This document shows, piece by piece, positions 63,267 to 64,000 of a stretch of 64,000 bases of DNA (positions are counted from its first letter, which is position 1; every line of letters starts with the position of its first letter). The position numbers were made by a program, and so were the translations under genes. Where the stretch lies: NCBI GenBank assembly GCA_014905635.1, contig JABVCE010000010.1:124001-188000 (forward strand), read 5' to 3'. This DNA comes from Scenedesmus sp. PABB004. Its lineage: Eukaryota. A model generated the notes under the pieces. The model ran no database searches. It was given only the letters and a program-made list of their open reading frames with translations, and was not told where the DNA came from.

Positions 63267-64000
63267 GCGTGCGGTGGTCGTGATGGGGGCTGGCATCACG
63301 CGCGCTGAACGATCGCGCCGCGGGACGGGCAGAGGGTGACGCGGGTCTCTCGGCGTGTGGCGCGGCTGCCGCCTGCCGGCGCATGCAACTGCGGAGTGCC
63401 GTCATGCCGCTGGTGGTGCATGCAGGGGTGTGGCGCACCGCCGCCGCCGCCGCCGCAGAGAGCGCCCGCTGCGCTCCGGCCAGCGCGGGCCGTGCCGCCG
63501 CCCCGCCAGCACGGCGCCTGCTGCGGCGTGTCAGGAGCTGCACGTGCTGGGAGCGCCGTCGGGGTGTGCGCTGCCCCCGGCGGCGTGGACGCGCCCGTGC
63601 TTGATCACGGCAAGAACCGCAAAACCCGCGCACGTGGGTCGGGCGGCGGGCCATGTGGGGCAGGCGGGGCCCACGCCGCCGCGGCACCGCGCAACCCCCG
63701 CCCGCCCCCGGACCCCCAGCGCCCACGCCCGGGCGCCCCGCGCCGCGCCCGCGCACCCGAGCTCGGCGCGCCCTGCCTGCGCGCGGTGGCAGGCCGCCGG
63801 TGGTCGCCACCGACGGTCGCCGTCGCCGCCGTGGGCCCCGGCCCCGCGCTGCGCGCCCCGGCGCCCGCAGCGCGCCGCGCCGCGGCCCCCGGCATCAGCG
63901 CCCGGCCGGCCGCCCGGTGCCGCGCCTGGCCCGCCCCCGCGCGCCCGCGGGCGCCGCGCGCGCTGGCAAGCGGACTGCTGCAGGTGCCAAGGGTGCCAAG

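Noticed and set aside
63267..64000. Possible 3' end of a minus-strand gene (ORF 63605-63895)
   Set aside because: Low complexity, no recognisable motif, and truncated by the window edge.

Overview
Very GC-rich (roughly 78-80% by eye), gene-dense, intron-rich eukaryotic nuclear DNA. It looks like a chlorophyte green alga: TGTAA poly(A) signals, GTGCG/GTGAG donors, short introns, and plastid-targeted TIC20 and rhodanese. Sphaeropleales-like is an inference. Most long ORFs in the supplied track are shadow frames or read through introns, so I spliced the genes by eye; exon boundaries are approximate. About 22 protein genes are supported: BIG-type ARF-GEF (partial), bZIP factor, small coiled-coil protein, multidomain subtilase, alginate-lyase-fold protein, glycerol kinase, ICME-like esterase, multi-TM class-3 lipase, TIC20, 4HB-like + LRR protein, GH3 beta-xylosidase, CCT, TMBIM/BI-1, secreted Pro/Ala-rich LRR, Cys-repeat secreted protein, orphan GH-A-like secreted protein, RPS14, rhodanese, CPBP-like protein, GONST transporter, SGT1, bacterial-type SfsA and an unknown low-complexity protein. 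The most notable observations are: (1) about 12% of introns use GC donors, always as AG|GCG; (2) a diverged duplication/deletion has left a truncated RPS14 fused to an antisense copy of the neighbour's exon, with CpG-to-CpA decay; (3) an intronless SfsA with a targeting-like leader lies 161 bp upstream of SGT1, a candidate bicistron; (4) an MLKL/PUB-UND-like helical domain is fused to RI-type LRRs, near SGT1, BI-1 and a lipase. I saw no rRNA, tRNA, CRISPR array or transposase.
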